DNA of 64,000 nucleotides from Dehalococcoidia bacterium (GTDB lineage: Bacteria; Chloroflexota; Dehalococcoidia; Bin125), in contig CAXXSR010000002.1 of assembly GCA_963662615.2 (NCBI GenBank), positions 576,001 to 640,000 on the forward strand, in the 5' to 3' direction. A program made the translations under genes and the position numbers. Below the pieces are notes generated by a model. The model did not search any database. It saw only the letters and a list, made by a program, of their open reading frames with translations, and was not told the DNA's origin. Below are positions 20,467-31,311 of this stretch, in pieces (positions within the stretch are counted from its first letter, which is position 1; each line of letters starts with the position of its first letter).

Positions 20467-20674
20467 GAGATCGCCGGCTCCCGGCCGGAGTGCCCGCGTC
20501 CGACCGGCCCGCCCCGGCGGCCGCTATCCGCGCGCTTCTTCCCTGGCGACAACCGGCAGCGTCAGCCCCAGCGGCGGAGCCGCATCAGGGATAGCTCCTC
20601 GTCCTCGCGCCCTCATGGAGCCGCCCACGCTTTCCTGGGGCACGCTGCGCTACTATGCGCTGGGAGGGTGCACC

Positions 20675-20806
20675 GTGGTCGAACTTGGCTTGGCCATTCT
20701 CTTCCTGATCATCCTCGTGCCCGCCGACCGCCGGCTGCTGCAGGAAGCAACCGACAGGGTCCGCGCCATCCTTGATTGGCTTGAGCGCTCCTCAGCCCAG
20801 CGTTGA
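20675..20806 (+). CDS. small single-TM protein (43 aa)
   Basis: GGGAGGG SD then GTG, with a hydrophobic N-terminus. Confidence 0.5.
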   Translation: MVELGLAILFLIILVPADRRLLQEATDRVRAILDWLERSSAQR

Positions 20807-20900
20807 GTTCTTCAGAACGTATGCGCTAAGCTGATCCTGATCGCTGGGCGCCACCGGCTCCCGGCCGGTGCCTCGCCCCGGGCGACACCAGGGACCCCAC

Positions 20901-21107
20901 ATGGCCGTGCCTTTCACTCGTTCCATCCAGCGGTCCTTCCCTCTGCGACTGCCAATGCCGCGGGCGACCGCCCGGCGCGCCCGGCAACGACGTCCCCTGC
21001 CCCTGCGCCTCCCCGCCCCCACGACCTGCCCGGACTGCCAAGGGCCCACCGCGCACGGTGAGGGCTTCCTCACCTGCGTCGTCTGCGGGTATCGCCGCGC
21101 CGCCTAG
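20901..21107 (+). CDS. small basic protein with C-terminal Zn-ribbon
   Basis: Motif CPDCQGPTAHGEGFLTCVVCGY. Confidence 0.6.
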   Translation: MAVPFTRSIQRSFPLRLPMPRATARRARQRRPLPLRLPAPTTCPDCQGPTAHGEGFLTCVVCGYRRAA

Positions 21108-21215
21108 CGGGCGGGCCCGCATGCTCTTGCCTGGCCCGGCCCCGCCCCACTCCATACGATGGGACCCCTGCCTCGTCGCTTCCGCGGCGAGTCCAAGGGG
21201 GGTGCGGGCCACATC

Positions 21216-21392
21216 GTGAGCGGCTTCGAACTCCTTCTCGTCCTCTTCGCCGTCCTGGCCGCGCTCTACGCCACCGGCGCCCTGCCCCGAGCGCGGCTCC
21301 GGAGCATCTACCGACGCGTTCGCCTCTTGGGGCTCCTCTGGGCGTTGGTGATCGTCCTCTTCGCGGCCGGCCGCCTCTTCAACTTTCCCTAG
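21216..21392 (+). CDS. small two-TM membrane protein
   Basis: Two hydrophobic segments separated by an Arg-rich loop. Confidence 0.55.
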   Translation: MSGFELLLVLFAVLAALYATGALPRARLRSIYRRVRLLGLLWALVIVLFAAGRLFNFP

Positions 21393-21438
21393 CCCCTCGC
21401 GTCGCCCAGCCCGCTCCGCAAGCGCGTACCCTCTGGCC

Positions 21439-22584
21439 GTGCGCTTTGTGCTTGCGCCCCAAGAGTTCAAGGGCAGCCTCACCGCTGTGGAGGCGGCACA
21501 GGCCATGGCCGACGGCGTCCGGCGGGCGCTGCCCCACGCCGATCTCGACCTTGCCCCCCTCGCCGACGGCGGCCCCGGCACCGTTGAGGCGGTCGTCACC
21601 GCCGCCGGCGGGCGCTACTCTTACGCGCGCGTTCAGGGGCCCCTCGGAGCGCCCGTCGACGCCCGTTGGGGCCGCATCGACGACGGCGCAACCGCGGTGA
21701 TCGAGATGGCCGCCGCCTCGGGACTGCTGCGACTGGATCCCCAACGCCTCGACCCCCGTCGCGCCGGCACACACGGCACCGGCGAGCTGATCGGCGCCGC
21801 CCTCGACGCCCGCGTGCGCCGCATCCTCATCGGTGTGGGCGGCAGCGCCACCAACGATGGCGGCGCCGGCATGGCCGTCGCGCTCGGGGCCCGCCTGCTC
21901 GATGACGAGGGCCGTGCGCTCCCCCCCGGCGGCGCCGCGCTCGCCCGCCTGGCGCGCATTGATTGCTCGCCCAATGACGGCCCCGGGCTGGACCCGCGCT
22001 TGCGCGATCTGGAGGTCGTAGTCCTGGCTGACGTCAGCAACCCGCTGATTGGGCCGGACGGCGCTAGCGCCGTCTACGGGCCGCAGAAGGGCGCCGACCC
22101 TGTCGCCGTTGCTGAGCTGGATCGGGCGCTCCGCCATTACGCCGACATCGTCGCCCGCGATCTCGCCATAGACATCGCTACGTTCCCGGGAGGCGGTGCC
22201 GCCGGCGGCCTTGCGGCGGGCCTGGTCGCCTTCGCCGGCGCGCGCCTGGAACCGGGCGTGAAGCGCGTGGCCGAGGCCGTGCGCCTGCGCCAACGGGTGG
22301 GGCGGGCGGACGCCGTCATCACCGGCGAAGGCCGCTTGGACCGCCAGTCCACCTTCGGCAAGACGGTCGCCGGTGTCGCCGCCATCGCCGCTGACGCCGG
22401 TGCGCCCTGCCTCGCCGTGGCCGGGACCCTCGCCGACGAGGAGAGCGTCCGCGCCCTCCCCGGCCTCACCGACGTCGAAGCCGCGGCGGCGGCGGATGAG
22501 CCGCCGGACCGGGCCATGGCGCAGGCCGCTGCGTCCCTTCGCGCCGCGGTGGAGCGCATCGTCCGCCGCCATTTCCCGACCTGA
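21439..22584 (+). CDS. glycerate kinase (class I)
   Basis: Motifs APQEFKGSL, PLADGGPGT, GGSATNDGGAG and TGEGRLDRQS..GK. Confidence 0.95.
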   Translation: MRFVLAPQEFKGSLTAVEAAQAMADGVRRALPHADLDLAPLADGGPGTVEAVVTAAGGRYSYARVQGPLGAPVDARWGRIDDGATAVIEMAAASGLLRLDPQRLDPRRAGTHGTGELIGAALDARVRRILIGVGGSATNDGGAGMAVALGARLLDDEGRALPPGGAALARLARIDCSPNDGPGLDPRLRDLEVVVLADVSNPLIGPDGASAVYGPQKGADPVAVAELDRALRHYADIVARDLAIDIATFPGGGAAGGLAAGLVAFAGARLEPGVKRVAEAVRLRQRVGRADAVITGEGRLDRQSTFGKTVAGVAAIAADAGAPCLAVAGTLADEESVRALPGLTDVEAAAAADEPPDRAMAQAAASLRAAVERIVRRHFPT

Positions 22585-22603
22585 AGCGGGCACTCCCGGC
22601 GGG

Positions 22604-22972
22604 TTAGTTCATCCCCAGCTCGTCCAGCCGCTCGTCGTCAATGCCGAAATGGTGGGCCACTTCGTGCAGGACCGTCTTGCGGACCTGCGTCACCACCTGC
22701 GCGTCGGTGCGACAGATCGCCTCAATCGCCTCTTGGTAGATCATGATCCGATCCGGCAGCGTATTGCCGTAATAGCTGCTCCGGGCCGTGAGCGGATGAC
22801 CCTGGTAGAGCCCCAGCAGCCACCGTCCTGGCCCCATGCCGGTCGCTTCGCGCTCCTGCGCCGTTGGGCGCGCCCGCACAATGATCTCCACGTTCTCTAT
22901 CCGCGAGGCCAACGCCTCCGGGATCGACTCGAGCGCCGCCGCCACCAAGCGGCGAAAGCGGGCGCGATGCAT
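22604..22972 (-). CDS. zincin-like metallopeptidase (DUF1025 type)
   Basis: Motifs LLGLYQG.PL, PDRIMIY and TVLHEVAHHFGIDDERL. Confidence 0.92.
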   Translation of the reverse strand: MHRARFRRLVAAALESIPEALASRIENVEIIVRARPTAQEREATGMGPGRWLLGLYQGHPLTARSSYYGNTLPDRIMIYQEAIEAICRTDAQVVTQVRKTVLHEVAHHFGIDDERLDELGMN

Positions 22973-23120
22973 CCTCGCTCCACCTCCGTCCCGCCATTCT
23001 ATTCCCCTCGGCCTCGGCGCCTGCGGCGCGCGCCTACGGCGGCTCCCTTTCCCGTCGATGATCGTGCAGGGCTGCGCGACGGCCGGCCCGTCCTCACGGC
23101 CCGCCGCTGGAGGCCTCGTC

Positions 23121-23579
23121 ATGCGACTGACCCACTTGCTCCGGCGCGCCCTCCGCCGGCCCAGCCGCTTGGAGCGGCTTGTGGAGCAGAGCCTGCGCGA
23201 GGGCGTGGGCCTGCATCGCAACGTCTGGCACCTCACCAACCTGCCCCTGGCGTCTGACGACCTGGGCTCCGTGGCGACTGCGGTCTCGGCCTGGGTGGAA
23301 CAGCAGATGGGGCGAACTCGTAAGCCCCACGGCATTGACCACCTTGCGGTCGGCCTCGCCTGCGCGCCGGTCGGCCGGGCGCCCATCGCCAGCGTCTCAC
23401 TGGGCGTGTTCCGCCCCGCGGACTACTACGGCGACGGTGGCACCCGCGATCAGATTGAGGAGTTCGTGCGTGATCTGCCGCTGAGCGCCATCAATGAGGG
23501 CCGCTCCGCCGTCCGCATCGCCGCTGCGCTGTTCTCGTGGGGCGATCTCGCCCGCGCCACCGTCTTCCGCGACGACTAG
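23121..23579 (+). CDS. hypothetical protein
   Basis: GGAGG SD then ATG 23121. Fills the gap with high GC3. Confidence 0.65.
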   Translation: MRLTHLLRRALRRPSRLERLVEQSLREGVGLHRNVWHLTNLPLASDDLGSVATAVSAWVEQQMGRTRKPHGIDHLAVGLACAPVGRAPIASVSLGVFRPADYYGDGGTRDQIEEFVRDLPLSAINEGRSAVRIAAALFSWGDLARATVFRDD

Positions 23580-23629
23580 CCTGCGCGTCCGCAGCCGCTA
23601 CGGCACCCCGCCGCTACGGTATCCAGCCG

Positions 23630-25870
23630 CTATGGCACCCACCCGCTGAGCAGGCTCCGCTCCAGAACGTTGCGGACAATGGGCCCGGCCTCTTTGGCCC
23701 CGGACTCGCCGTTGTCCAGCACTACGGTCGCCACCAGCCGGGGGTTGCTGACGTTGGCGTAGGCCACGAAGAGGACGTGATTCTGCTCGTCTCGGTCCTC
23801 GGCGGTCCCGGACTTCCCCGCCGCCGCCAGCGGCGTATCCCGGAAGGCGGTCCAGCCCGTGCCGTTCAGGACGACCTGGCGGGTGGCGTTACGGAGGTAG
23901 GCGTGCGTGGCGGCGGAAATCGGCAGGACGCCAATGGGCGTGGCGCTGAACTGCTCCACAATCTCCCCCTCCGGCGTGCGCAGCGAGTGCACGGCGAGCG
24001 GCGTGCGCAAGAGCCCGTCGGTCGCCAGCGCCGCGTACGCGTTGGTGATCTGCAGCGGCGTGGTGAGGAGAAAGCCTTGGCCAATGCTCATGTTGACGGT
24101 GTCGCCGGTGTACCAGAAGTCGTTCCGATTGATCCGCTTCCATTCCGGGCCGGGATTCACCCCGGCCTCTTCGTGAACGCCAATGGCCCCCGTCTCTTCC
24201 CCGAAGCCGAAGCCGGCGGAGAACTGGGTGAGCGCGTTCTCGTCGCGACGGTGCAACTCCTGGCCGACCTGATAAAAGACCGTGTTGCAGCTCTCCGCCA
24301 GCGCCTGGGTCAGGCTCAGCAAGCCCCGATCCTCCTCCTGCCAGTTCTTCAGCGGCGTCTCGTCCCCTAGCCCTCGCCACACCGCCGGGCAGTCCAGTCG
24401 CGCCTGCTCGTCGAAGCCACCCACCTCCAGCCCCGCCGCCAGCGTCACGACCTTGAAGATGGAGCCGGGCGGGTACAGCCGTTCCGCCGTCCGGTTCACG
24501 AACGGTTGGCGCTCATCTTCAAAGTAGAGTGCGAACTCCTCTTGGGTGAGGCCGCGGATGAACGCGTTCGGATCGAAGCGGGGGTATGAGGCCAGCGCCA
24601 GCAATTCGTTCGTGCGCGGATCCATCACCACCACCGCGCCGGTCTCCTCCCCCAGCGCCGCCTCCGCGACCCGCTGGATGCGGGTGTCCAACGTCAAGTA
24701 GACGTCCCGCGACGGCAGCAGCGCCTGCGCCGCGATCTCCCGAACCACCTGGCCGTCCGGCGAAATGATCGTCAGCCGGCCGCCGCGCTTCCCGGCCAGC
24801 TCCTGCTCAAAGATCGCCTCCACGCCGTCGCGACCCACCATGTCGCCCGACTGGTACCCCTCAATCGCCAGCGTCTCCAGCTCCTCCTCATTGATCTCGG
24901 CCATGAATCCCACCACGTGCGCGGCCAGCTCGCTCTGCGGATAGGTGCGCTGCGTCTCCCGTCGCACCAGGACGCCCAGGTCGGCCAGCTGCTCGAAACT
25001 CTCCACCAGCGCCGGATCCACGTCGTATGGCAGCCGCACAATCGGGATGAAGAAGTAGGAGGGCATGTTCTGGAACATCAGGTCGCGCACTGCCTGGTCG
25101 TCCAGCTCCAGCCGCTCCACGAACAGGTCGATCACGGCATCCTCGTCGCTGATCAGCTCGTGTGAAATGCCAATGACGATGATCTCCCCCTGAGTGGCCA
25201 AGGGCTCGCCGTTGCGATCGAAGATCTCGCCGCGCTCCGGGACGTCAACAAAGCGGTGCACCAAGTAGCCGCGCTCGCCCAGCCCCGCAAAGATGAGATC
25301 CGGGCTCCAATCCACCACCCAGCCCGGCTGGCGCCGCGTGGGCGCGAAGACCCGTTCCTCAATCTCGCCAAAGAAGACCGTGTCGTAGGAGAGGACCACC
25401 TCAATCCCGGCCACGTTTTCCCCCGGCGGCGGGACCACTTCCCAGCGAACGCCGCGGATCGTGGCTTCCTCCCAGATGTCGCGGTAGCGCTCGGCGAACT
25501 CCTCGGCCGTCGTTAGCTCTCGCGCCTCCAAGCTGGCCAGCCGGTAGGCGTCTTCAAACCGTTCTGCCGCGACCAGGGCGAAGAACTTCTGCACCGCTTC
25601 CAGCGCCGTCAGCGGCGCCTTCGACAGGTCCAGTAGGTCCTCTTCTGGCGGCGGGGCGACGTCGACCGGGCCCAGGCCGCTCTCGTCCGGCTCGGCCTGC
25701 GACTCGATCTCCTCCGCCGCTGCCGGCTCCTCCGCTGCGTCGAAGAATTCGGAAAGGTCGCGGTCGCCCTCGCCGCCGAAAATGCAGCCGCTGCTGACCA
25801 AGAGGGCGTACAGGAGAACTGCGATGGTGAGAAGCGCCGTGAGAATCGCGTGACGCCGGCGCATGAGCAT
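23630..25870 (-). CDS. mrdA: penicillin-binding protein 2 (class B) with NTF2-like N-terminal domain
   Basis: Motifs ERGEIFDRNG, SxxK (GSIFK), SCN and KSGTAE. Confidence 0.92.
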   Translation of the reverse strand: MLMRRRHAILTALLTIAVLLYALLVSSGCIFGGEGDRDLSEFFDAAEEPAAAEEIESQAEPDESGLGPVDVAPPPEEDLLDLSKAPLTALEAVQKFFALVAAERFEDAYRLASLEARELTTAEEFAERYRDIWEEATIRGVRWEVVPPPGENVAGIEVVLSYDTVFFGEIEERVFAPTRRQPGWVVDWSPDLIFAGLGERGYLVHRFVDVPERGEIFDRNGEPLATQGEIIVIGISHELISDEDAVIDLFVERLELDDQAVRDLMFQNMPSYFFIPIVRLPYDVDPALVESFEQLADLGVLVRRETQRTYPQSELAAHVVGFMAEINEEELETLAIEGYQSGDMVGRDGVEAIFEQELAGKRGGRLTIISPDGQVVREIAAQALLPSRDVYLTLDTRIQRVAEAALGEETGAVVVMDPRTNELLALASYPRFDPNAFIRGLTQEEFALYFEDERQPFVNRTAERLYPPGSIFKVVTLAAGLEVGGFDEQARLDCPAVWRGLGDETPLKNWQEEDRGLLSLTQALAESCNTVFYQVGQELHRRDENALTQFSAGFGFGEETGAIGVHEEAGVNPGPEWKRINRNDFWYTGDTVNMSIGQGFLLTTPLQITNAYAALATDGLLRTPLAVHSLRTPEGEIVEQFSATPIGVLPISAATHAYLRNATRQVVLNGTGWTAFRDTPLAAAGKSGTAEDRDEQNHVLFVAYANVSNPRLVATVVLDNGESGAKEAGPIVRNVLERSLLSGWVP

Positions 25871-26016
25871 GCGTCGCCTCAGTGCTCCGCCAGGGCCCGC
25901 TGCCAGGCAGTATACGCCGCTTTCGCGCCGCGCGAGCGGACCACCGCCCCGAACCCGTGCCGCGACGCCCTCCCGCCCGTACCGTTGTGCCCCTTGGGAG
26001 TCGTAGGATCCAGAGC

Positions 26017-27279
26017 ATGTTCCCAGGCGCTCTCCGTCCCGTCGTCTTGGCCCTCTTTGCGGGCGCCGCGCTGGCGGCCGCCTGTGGTGGTGGCAGCGGC
26101 GAGGACGCCCGCGCCGACGAGGACGCCCGCAGCGAGGACGCCCCCACCGAGCCGCGTCCGCTGGAACTGGACGCCGTCCCCATCTCCGCCGGCAGCCCGC
26201 GGACGTTCGCCATGGGCTTCATGGCCATCCCGGCCTCGCTCTCGGAGAGCGCCTACGTGCGGGTCTTCGACGTCGCCGCTGAGCACGGCGACCTGATCAT
26301 GATCCTGCGTGGCCTGCCCTGGGCGGAGGTGGGGCCCGGCGCCCACTTGCTGCCGACGACGGAGGCGACGATTCAGCGCGAGACGGCGCTGGTGCGGGAG
26401 CGCGATTTGGAGCTGCTCTTCGCCATCGATCCCTGGGAGCCCACCGACCGCGGCCGCCTCGTCGGCGACGCGCCCGGCGACAACTTCACCGATCCGGCGG
26501 TGGTTGAGGCCTACCTCGCCTATGTGGAGCTGGTGGTGACCCGCTACCGGCCTCGCTGGCTCGCCCTCGCCGTAGACTTGGACCAGTTCGCCGTCGCCCA
26601 ACCCGCTGATGTGCGCGCCTTTCACGCCGCCTACATCCGCGCCTACCGGCGGGTGAAAGAGCTGGCTCCCGAGACGCGTGTCTTCGCGACCTTTCAGTTG
26701 GAGGATCTCCAGGGGCTCCTGCCCTGGGGAGAGCCCCATGCGCCGCAGTGGTCGCTCATCCTTCGCTTCGCGCCTGTCTTGGACGTCTTGGCCTTCAGCA
26801 CCTTTCCCTCCTTTCTCTTCCCCTTCCCCAGCGACATCCCCAACCAGTACTACTCTCGCCTCAGCGCCTTCGCCAAGCCGATCGCCTTGGTGCCCGTGGG
26901 GTACGCTTCGGATGCGGGCAGGGACGGCGTCACCTACGGGACGCCGGGTGGCCAGCGACGCTTCCTCGAACGCCTCCTCGCCGAGACCGGCGCGCCCCCC
27001 TGGGCGCTCGTGGTCTGGTTGGCGCCGGACGATCCGCAATTCGCCACCGCCGGCCCCTACGACTTGCTCAGCCACATGGGCCTGCGCGATGGTCGAGGCA
27101 CCGCCAAGCCTGCCTGGTCCGTCTGGGCCGAGCAGGCGCGGCGTCCCTGGGCCCCCCTTCCCTTCGACGCCGGACCCGCCGCCGACGCCGATGGCGGCCT
27201 CTCCTCTGACGCGGAGGCCGGCCCCGTCGGCGCCGCTGGCGACCCGTCGCCCTCACGCGTGTCCCCGGCTGGGGGCTAG
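26017..27279 (+). CDS. lipoprotein, glycoside-hydrolase-like TIM barrel (catalytic residues unclear)
   Basis: Lipobox LAAAC. GH-like segments YRPRWLAL and MGLRDGRGTAKPAW. Confidence 0.65.
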   Translation: MFPGALRPVVLALFAGAALAAACGGGSGEDARADEDARSEDAPTEPRPLELDAVPISAGSPRTFAMGFMAIPASLSESAYVRVFDVAAEHGDLIMILRGLPWAEVGPGAHLLPTTEATIQRETALVRERDLELLFAIDPWEPTDRGRLVGDAPGDNFTDPAVVEAYLAYVELVVTRYRPRWLALAVDLDQFAVAQPADVRAFHAAYIRAYRRVKELAPETRVFATFQLEDLQGLLPWGEPHAPQWSLILRFAPVLDVLAFSTFPSFLFPFPSDIPNQYYSRLSAFAKPIALVPVGYASDAGRDGVTYGTPGGQRRFLERLLAETGAPPWALVVWLAPDDPQFATAGPYDLLSHMGLRDGRGTAKPAWSVWAEQARRPWAPLPFDAGPAADADGGLSSDAEAGPVGAAGDPSPSRVSPAGG

Positions 27280-27406
27280 GGCAGCGCCGGCGTCCGCCCG
27301 CAGCCCGGTAACGCTCTGGCATAACAAGGGGGGTCGCTGATCCGTCCACCAGCCTCCAGAATGGATGGGGTGATCCGGTCAGGCCGGCGCGCCCAGGGAG
27401 GGTCGC

Positions 27407-28678
27407 ATGATGCCGGGACCACGCCTGAGGAAATCGTTGTTCGTTGGGTTCGCTGCCGCTGCGCTCATCGCGCTGGCGCCGGCGCTACACGGCGCTCACG
27501 GCCTTCCCCCCGCGCTCTTCTTCGGCAGCACCGCCGATGTCACCATCGACGGTGCTCCCTACGACGGCGAGACGCCGATCGAGGTTATCGACGGCGACGC
27601 CGTCGGCGCCGTCAACGCTGACGTCGTCCTCAGTCTGGCCACCCAGGCCCTAGCCACGCAGCGCACTTTGGAGCTGGTGCCCGGCTCCAACTTCCTCACC
27701 TACAGCGGACCCAATGTCAGCATCGCCGGCCTGGTGGAGGGCTTCCCCAACGCGGACGCCATTGAGGCCATCTTCGCCTTCGATTCCTCCACGCAGACCT
27801 ACCAAACAGCCCGGCCCGCTGGTCCCGCCTTCCTCGACACGCTGGACGGCCTCGTGCAGAACCAGACCTACGTCTTCAGCATGAGCGCCCCCGTCACTTG
27901 GCAGATGCCCATCGCCCCGCTGCAGAGCGACGGCCCCAATGAGGTCGCGCTCGCTGCGGGATTCACGGCGCTGCCCTGGCTTGAAGCGGACACCGCAGAC
28001 ACCACCGGGATCACAACGCGCATCGCCGACGTCGGCGCGGTGCGCGCGATCTTCACGTTCAACAACGCCACGCAGACGTTCGCGGTGCTGCGGCCCGGTC
28101 AGCCGGCCTTCCTGAGCACGCTCACGCAGGTGAGCCGCTATGATTTCCTCTTCCTCCAGGCCGACTCGCCAACCACTTGGACACAGGTCATCGTCCCGCC
28201 GCTGGCGGGCGAGGAGGAGGTCCCCGCGGCGGCCCCGACGATCGTGATGGCGAGCGTTGAGCTGAACGGCGCCGCCGGCGTCGTGACGCTGCGAAACGTC
28301 AGCGGCGCCCCGGTCAGCCTGGACGGCTACTGGTTCTGCCAGCGCCCCAACTACCACCCCTTGCCAGACGTCACGATCGCGCCGGGGGAGGAGCTGGAGG
28401 TGCGCCTGGGCAGCGGCGATGACGCGCCCGGCTTGCATTTCGCCGGCACGGCTCTGGGTTCGTTCAACGCCGCGGGCGGCGAGATCTCTCTTTACCGCGA
28501 CCAGCAATTCGGCAGCAGCGAGTCGATCGTGGCATACGCCGCCTGGGGCAGCTTCGATGGCCGCAGCGACGTCGCGCGGGAGGCCGGCATCTGGGGCGCC
28601 GCGAATGTGCAGGCCTCCCAGGGCGACACGCTCGTCTACACGGGCGGCACGGGTGCGAGCGCGTACGAAGTGCAGTGA
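27407..28678 (+). CDS. secreted surface protein with two repeated beta modules and a lamin-tail-like domain
   Basis: Signal peptide, repeats LELVPGSNFLTY and VALAAGFTALPW, and VTLRNVSGAPVSLDGYWFC. Confidence 0.75.
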   Translation: MMPGPRLRKSLFVGFAAAALIALAPALHGAHGLPPALFFGSTADVTIDGAPYDGETPIEVIDGDAVGAVNADVVLSLATQALATQRTLELVPGSNFLTYSGPNVSIAGLVEGFPNADAIEAIFAFDSSTQTYQTARPAGPAFLDTLDGLVQNQTYVFSMSAPVTWQMPIAPLQSDGPNEVALAAGFTALPWLEADTADTTGITTRIADVGAVRAIFTFNNATQTFAVLRPGQPAFLSTLTQVSRYDFLFLQADSPTTWTQVIVPPLAGEEEVPAAAPTIVMASVELNGAAGVVTLRNVSGAPVSLDGYWFCQRPNYHPLPDVTIAPGEELEVRLGSGDDAPGLHFAGTALGSFNAAGGEISLYRDQQFGSSESIVAYAAWGSFDGRSDVAREAGIWGAANVQASQGDTLVYTGGTGASAYEVQ

Positions 28679-28692
28679 CCCCCTCAAACGCC

Positions 28693-28723
28693 ACGGGGCC
28701 CGGGCGTTACGCCCGGGCCCCGT
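28693..28723. terminator. strong hairpin between convergent genes
   Basis: ACGGGGCCCGGGCG-TTA-CGCCCGGGCCCCGT. Confidence 0.8.
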
Positions 28724-28752
28724 TCCTGCCCCACCCGTGATCGTCGGCCTGC

Positions 28753-31251
28753 TTAGGCCGACATCGCCTCGGGCTCCTTGGCTGTCTCCGCGTCCGGGCG
28801 CGTGAACACGTCCGGCTTGCGCTCGAATCGGAACTCGCCCTTCACGAAGTCCACCGTGATCCGGTCCCCCTCCTCGTAGCGCCCGGCCAGCAGCTCCTTA
28901 CTCAGCGGATTTTCCACCCGCCGCTGGATCACCCGCCGCAGCGGGCGCGCGCCGAAGGTGGGGTTGTACCCCTCTTCCACCAGCGCCGCTTTGGCCGCCG
29001 CCGTCAGCTCAAAGGTCAGCCCGTTCTCCTGCAGCCGTTCCCGCTCCTCGGCGGCCATCAAATCGACGATCTGCAGCAGCTCGTCCTGGGTCAGCGGCTC
29101 GAAGACGATCACCTCATCAACCCGGTTCAGGAACTCCGGCCGGAAGAACTCGCGCAGGGCCCGCTCCGCCCGCTCCACCCGCCCCCGCTGTTCGCTCTCA
29201 CTGGCGGAGCGGGTCTGGCTGATGAAGCCCAGCCCCCTCTCGGCTTCCCGGCCGGTCCCCAGATTGCTGGTCATGATCAGCACCGTGTTGCGAAAGTCCA
29301 CCGTGCGCCCGTGTCCGTCCGTGAGCCGGCCGTCGTCCATGACCTGCAACAGCAGGTTGAATACGTCCGCGTGCGCCTTTTCGATCTCGTCCAGCAGGAT
29401 CACGCGGAAGGGCCGCCGCCGCACGAGCTCGGTGAGGCCGCCCCCCTCTTCGTAGCCCACATAGCCCGGCGGCGCGCCCACGATCCGGCTCACGGTGTGC
29501 CGCTCTTGATATTCGGACATGTCCAGCCGGACCAGCGCGTCCTCGCTGTCGAAGAGGTACTCCGCCAGCGCCTTGGCCAGCTCCGTCTTGCCCACGCCCG
29601 TGGGCCCCAGGAAGACGAAGGAGCCAATCGGCCGCTTGGGGTCCTTGAGCCCAGACCGCGCCCGACGGATCGCGTCGGCCAGCACGGTGATCGCCGTGTC
29701 CTGGCCGATCACGCGGTTGTGCAACTCCTCCTCAATGTGGAGGAGCTTCTCCGCCTCGCCCGCCAGCATGCGCTGTACCGGGATGGCCGTGATATCCGCG
29801 ACCAGCTCGGCGATGTCGCGCTCGCCGACTTCGTCGGTGGGCGGGTTCTCCGCCTCCCACTCCGCCTTGCGACGGCGGTAGTCCTCCTGGATCTGTAGTA
29901 GCTCCTGCCGGATCCCCGCAGCCGCCGCGAAGTCCTGCCGCTGCGCCGCCGCCTCCTGTTGGTCGCTCAACTCTTGGACCCGGCGCTCCAGGTCCGCCAC
30001 GTCCGGCGGCATGGACTGGTTGGTGATCACTCGTCGCGACGCCGCCTCATCGATCAGATCGATCGCCTTGTCCGGCAGGCGCCGCTCCGTCAAGTAGCGA
30101 TGACTGAGCTGCACGGCCGCCTCCACGGCGGCGTCGGTGATGGTCACCTTGTGGTGCGCTTCGTAGCGCGGACGCAGCCCCCTGAGAATGGCGACGCTGT
30201 CCTCCCGGCTGGGCTCGTCCAAAAACACGGGCGCGAAGCGCCGCTCCAGCGCCGTGTCCTTCTCCACGTACTGGCGATACTCGTCCAGCGTCGTGGCCCC
30301 AATCACGTGCAGCTCGCCGCGGGCCAGGGCCGGCTTCAGCATGTTCGCCGCGTCAATCGCACCTTCGGCCGCGCCGGCGCCCACCACCTGATGCAGCTCG
30401 TCAATGAGGAGGAGGATCTGCCCCTCCGAGGCCTTGATTTCGTCCATGACCGCGGTCAGCCGCTCCTCGAACTCGCCGCGAAACTTGGCCCCGGCCAGCA
30501 GCTGTCCCATGTCCAGGGCGAGCACGCGCTTGTCACGCAGGTTTTCGGGCACGTCCCCCGAAACGATCTTCTGCGCCAGCCCCTCCACGATGGCCGTCTT
30601 GCCCACACCCGCCTCGCCGATAATCACGGGGTTGTTCTTGCGGCGACGGTTGAGGATCTGCATCACCCGACGCACTTCAACCTCCCGGCCGATCACCGGG
30701 TCCAGCTTGCCTTCCTGCGCCAGGCGCGTGAGGTCCGTGGTGTACTTCTCCAGCGAGCGATAGCGTGACTCGGCGGTAGGCTCCGTCACGCGATGACTGC
30801 CGCGGATCTTTTGCAGCGCCCGGTAGACGCGCTCCTGCGTGACGCCGTGCTGTCCCAGGATGGTGGCGGCGGTCTCGTATGGCTGCGGCCCGTCCGCCAC
30901 CCCGGCGATGGCGATCAGCAGGTGCTCCACTCCCACGTATTCATCCTTGAGCCGCTCCGCTTCGGCATTGGCGCGCTCCAGCATCTTCACCACCCGCGGG
31001 GTCGTGTAGACCTGCACCACGTCTTGGGCGAGCTTGGGCGTGGCCTCCAACGTGGCCTGCGCGTCCGCCGCCAGCTTCCGGGCATCCACGCCCAGCTCCT
31101 TGAAGAGGTCGGCCGCCAGCCCGTCCGCCGTCGCCAGGGCCAAGAGCACGTGCTCCACGTCCCACTGGGCGTGGCGGCTCTGCCGCACCAGCTCCTGGCT
31201 GCCCCCTAGCACCTGCTGCGCCTGCTCGGTAAAGCGGTCTTGTCGCATCAT
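28753..31251 (-). CDS. Clp AAA+ ATPase (ClpB/ClpC family; short UVR-like middle domain, LGF loop)
   Basis: Clp N repeats and motifs [23 protein letters not shown] and GARPLRR. Confidence 0.93.
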   Translation of the reverse strand: MMRQDRFTEQAQQVLGGSQELVRQSRHAQWDVEHVLLALATADGLAADLFKELGVDARKLAADAQATLEATPKLAQDVVQVYTTPRVVKMLERANAEAERLKDEYVGVEHLLIAIAGVADGPQPYETAATILGQHGVTQERVYRALQKIRGSHRVTEPTAESRYRSLEKYTTDLTRLAQEGKLDPVIGREVEVRRVMQILNRRRKNNPVIIGEAGVGKTAIVEGLAQKIVSGDVPENLRDKRVLALDMGQLLAGAKFRGEFEERLTAVMDEIKASEGQILLLIDELHQVVGAGAAEGAIDAANMLKPALARGELHVIGATTLDEYRQYVEKDTALERRFAPVFLDEPSREDSVAILRGLRPRYEAHHKVTITDAAVEAAVQLSHRYLTERRLPDKAIDLIDEAASRRVITNQSMPPDVADLERRVQELSDQQEAAAQRQDFAAAAGIRQELLQIQEDYRRRKAEWEAENPPTDEVGERDIAELVADITAIPVQRMLAGEAEKLLHIEEELHNRVIGQDTAITVLADAIRRARSGLKDPKRPIGSFVFLGPTGVGKTELAKALAEYLFDSEDALVRLDMSEYQERHTVSRIVGAPPGYVGYEEGGGLTELVRRRPFRVILLDEIEKAHADVFNLLLQVMDDGRLTDGHGRTVDFRNTVLIMTSNLGTGREAERGLGFISQTRSASESEQRGRVERAERALREFFRPEFLNRVDEVIVFEPLTQDELLQIVDLMAAEERERLQENGLTFELTAAAKAALVEEGYNPTFGARPLRRVIQRRVENPLSKELLAGRYEEGDRITVDFVKGEFRFERKPDVFTRPDAETAKEPEAMSA

Positions 31252-31311
31252 CTCGATCTTGTGCTCTCCTCCGCCGGGCCGCGCCCCTGATCGGGGCGGC
31301 GCACCGGCGAG

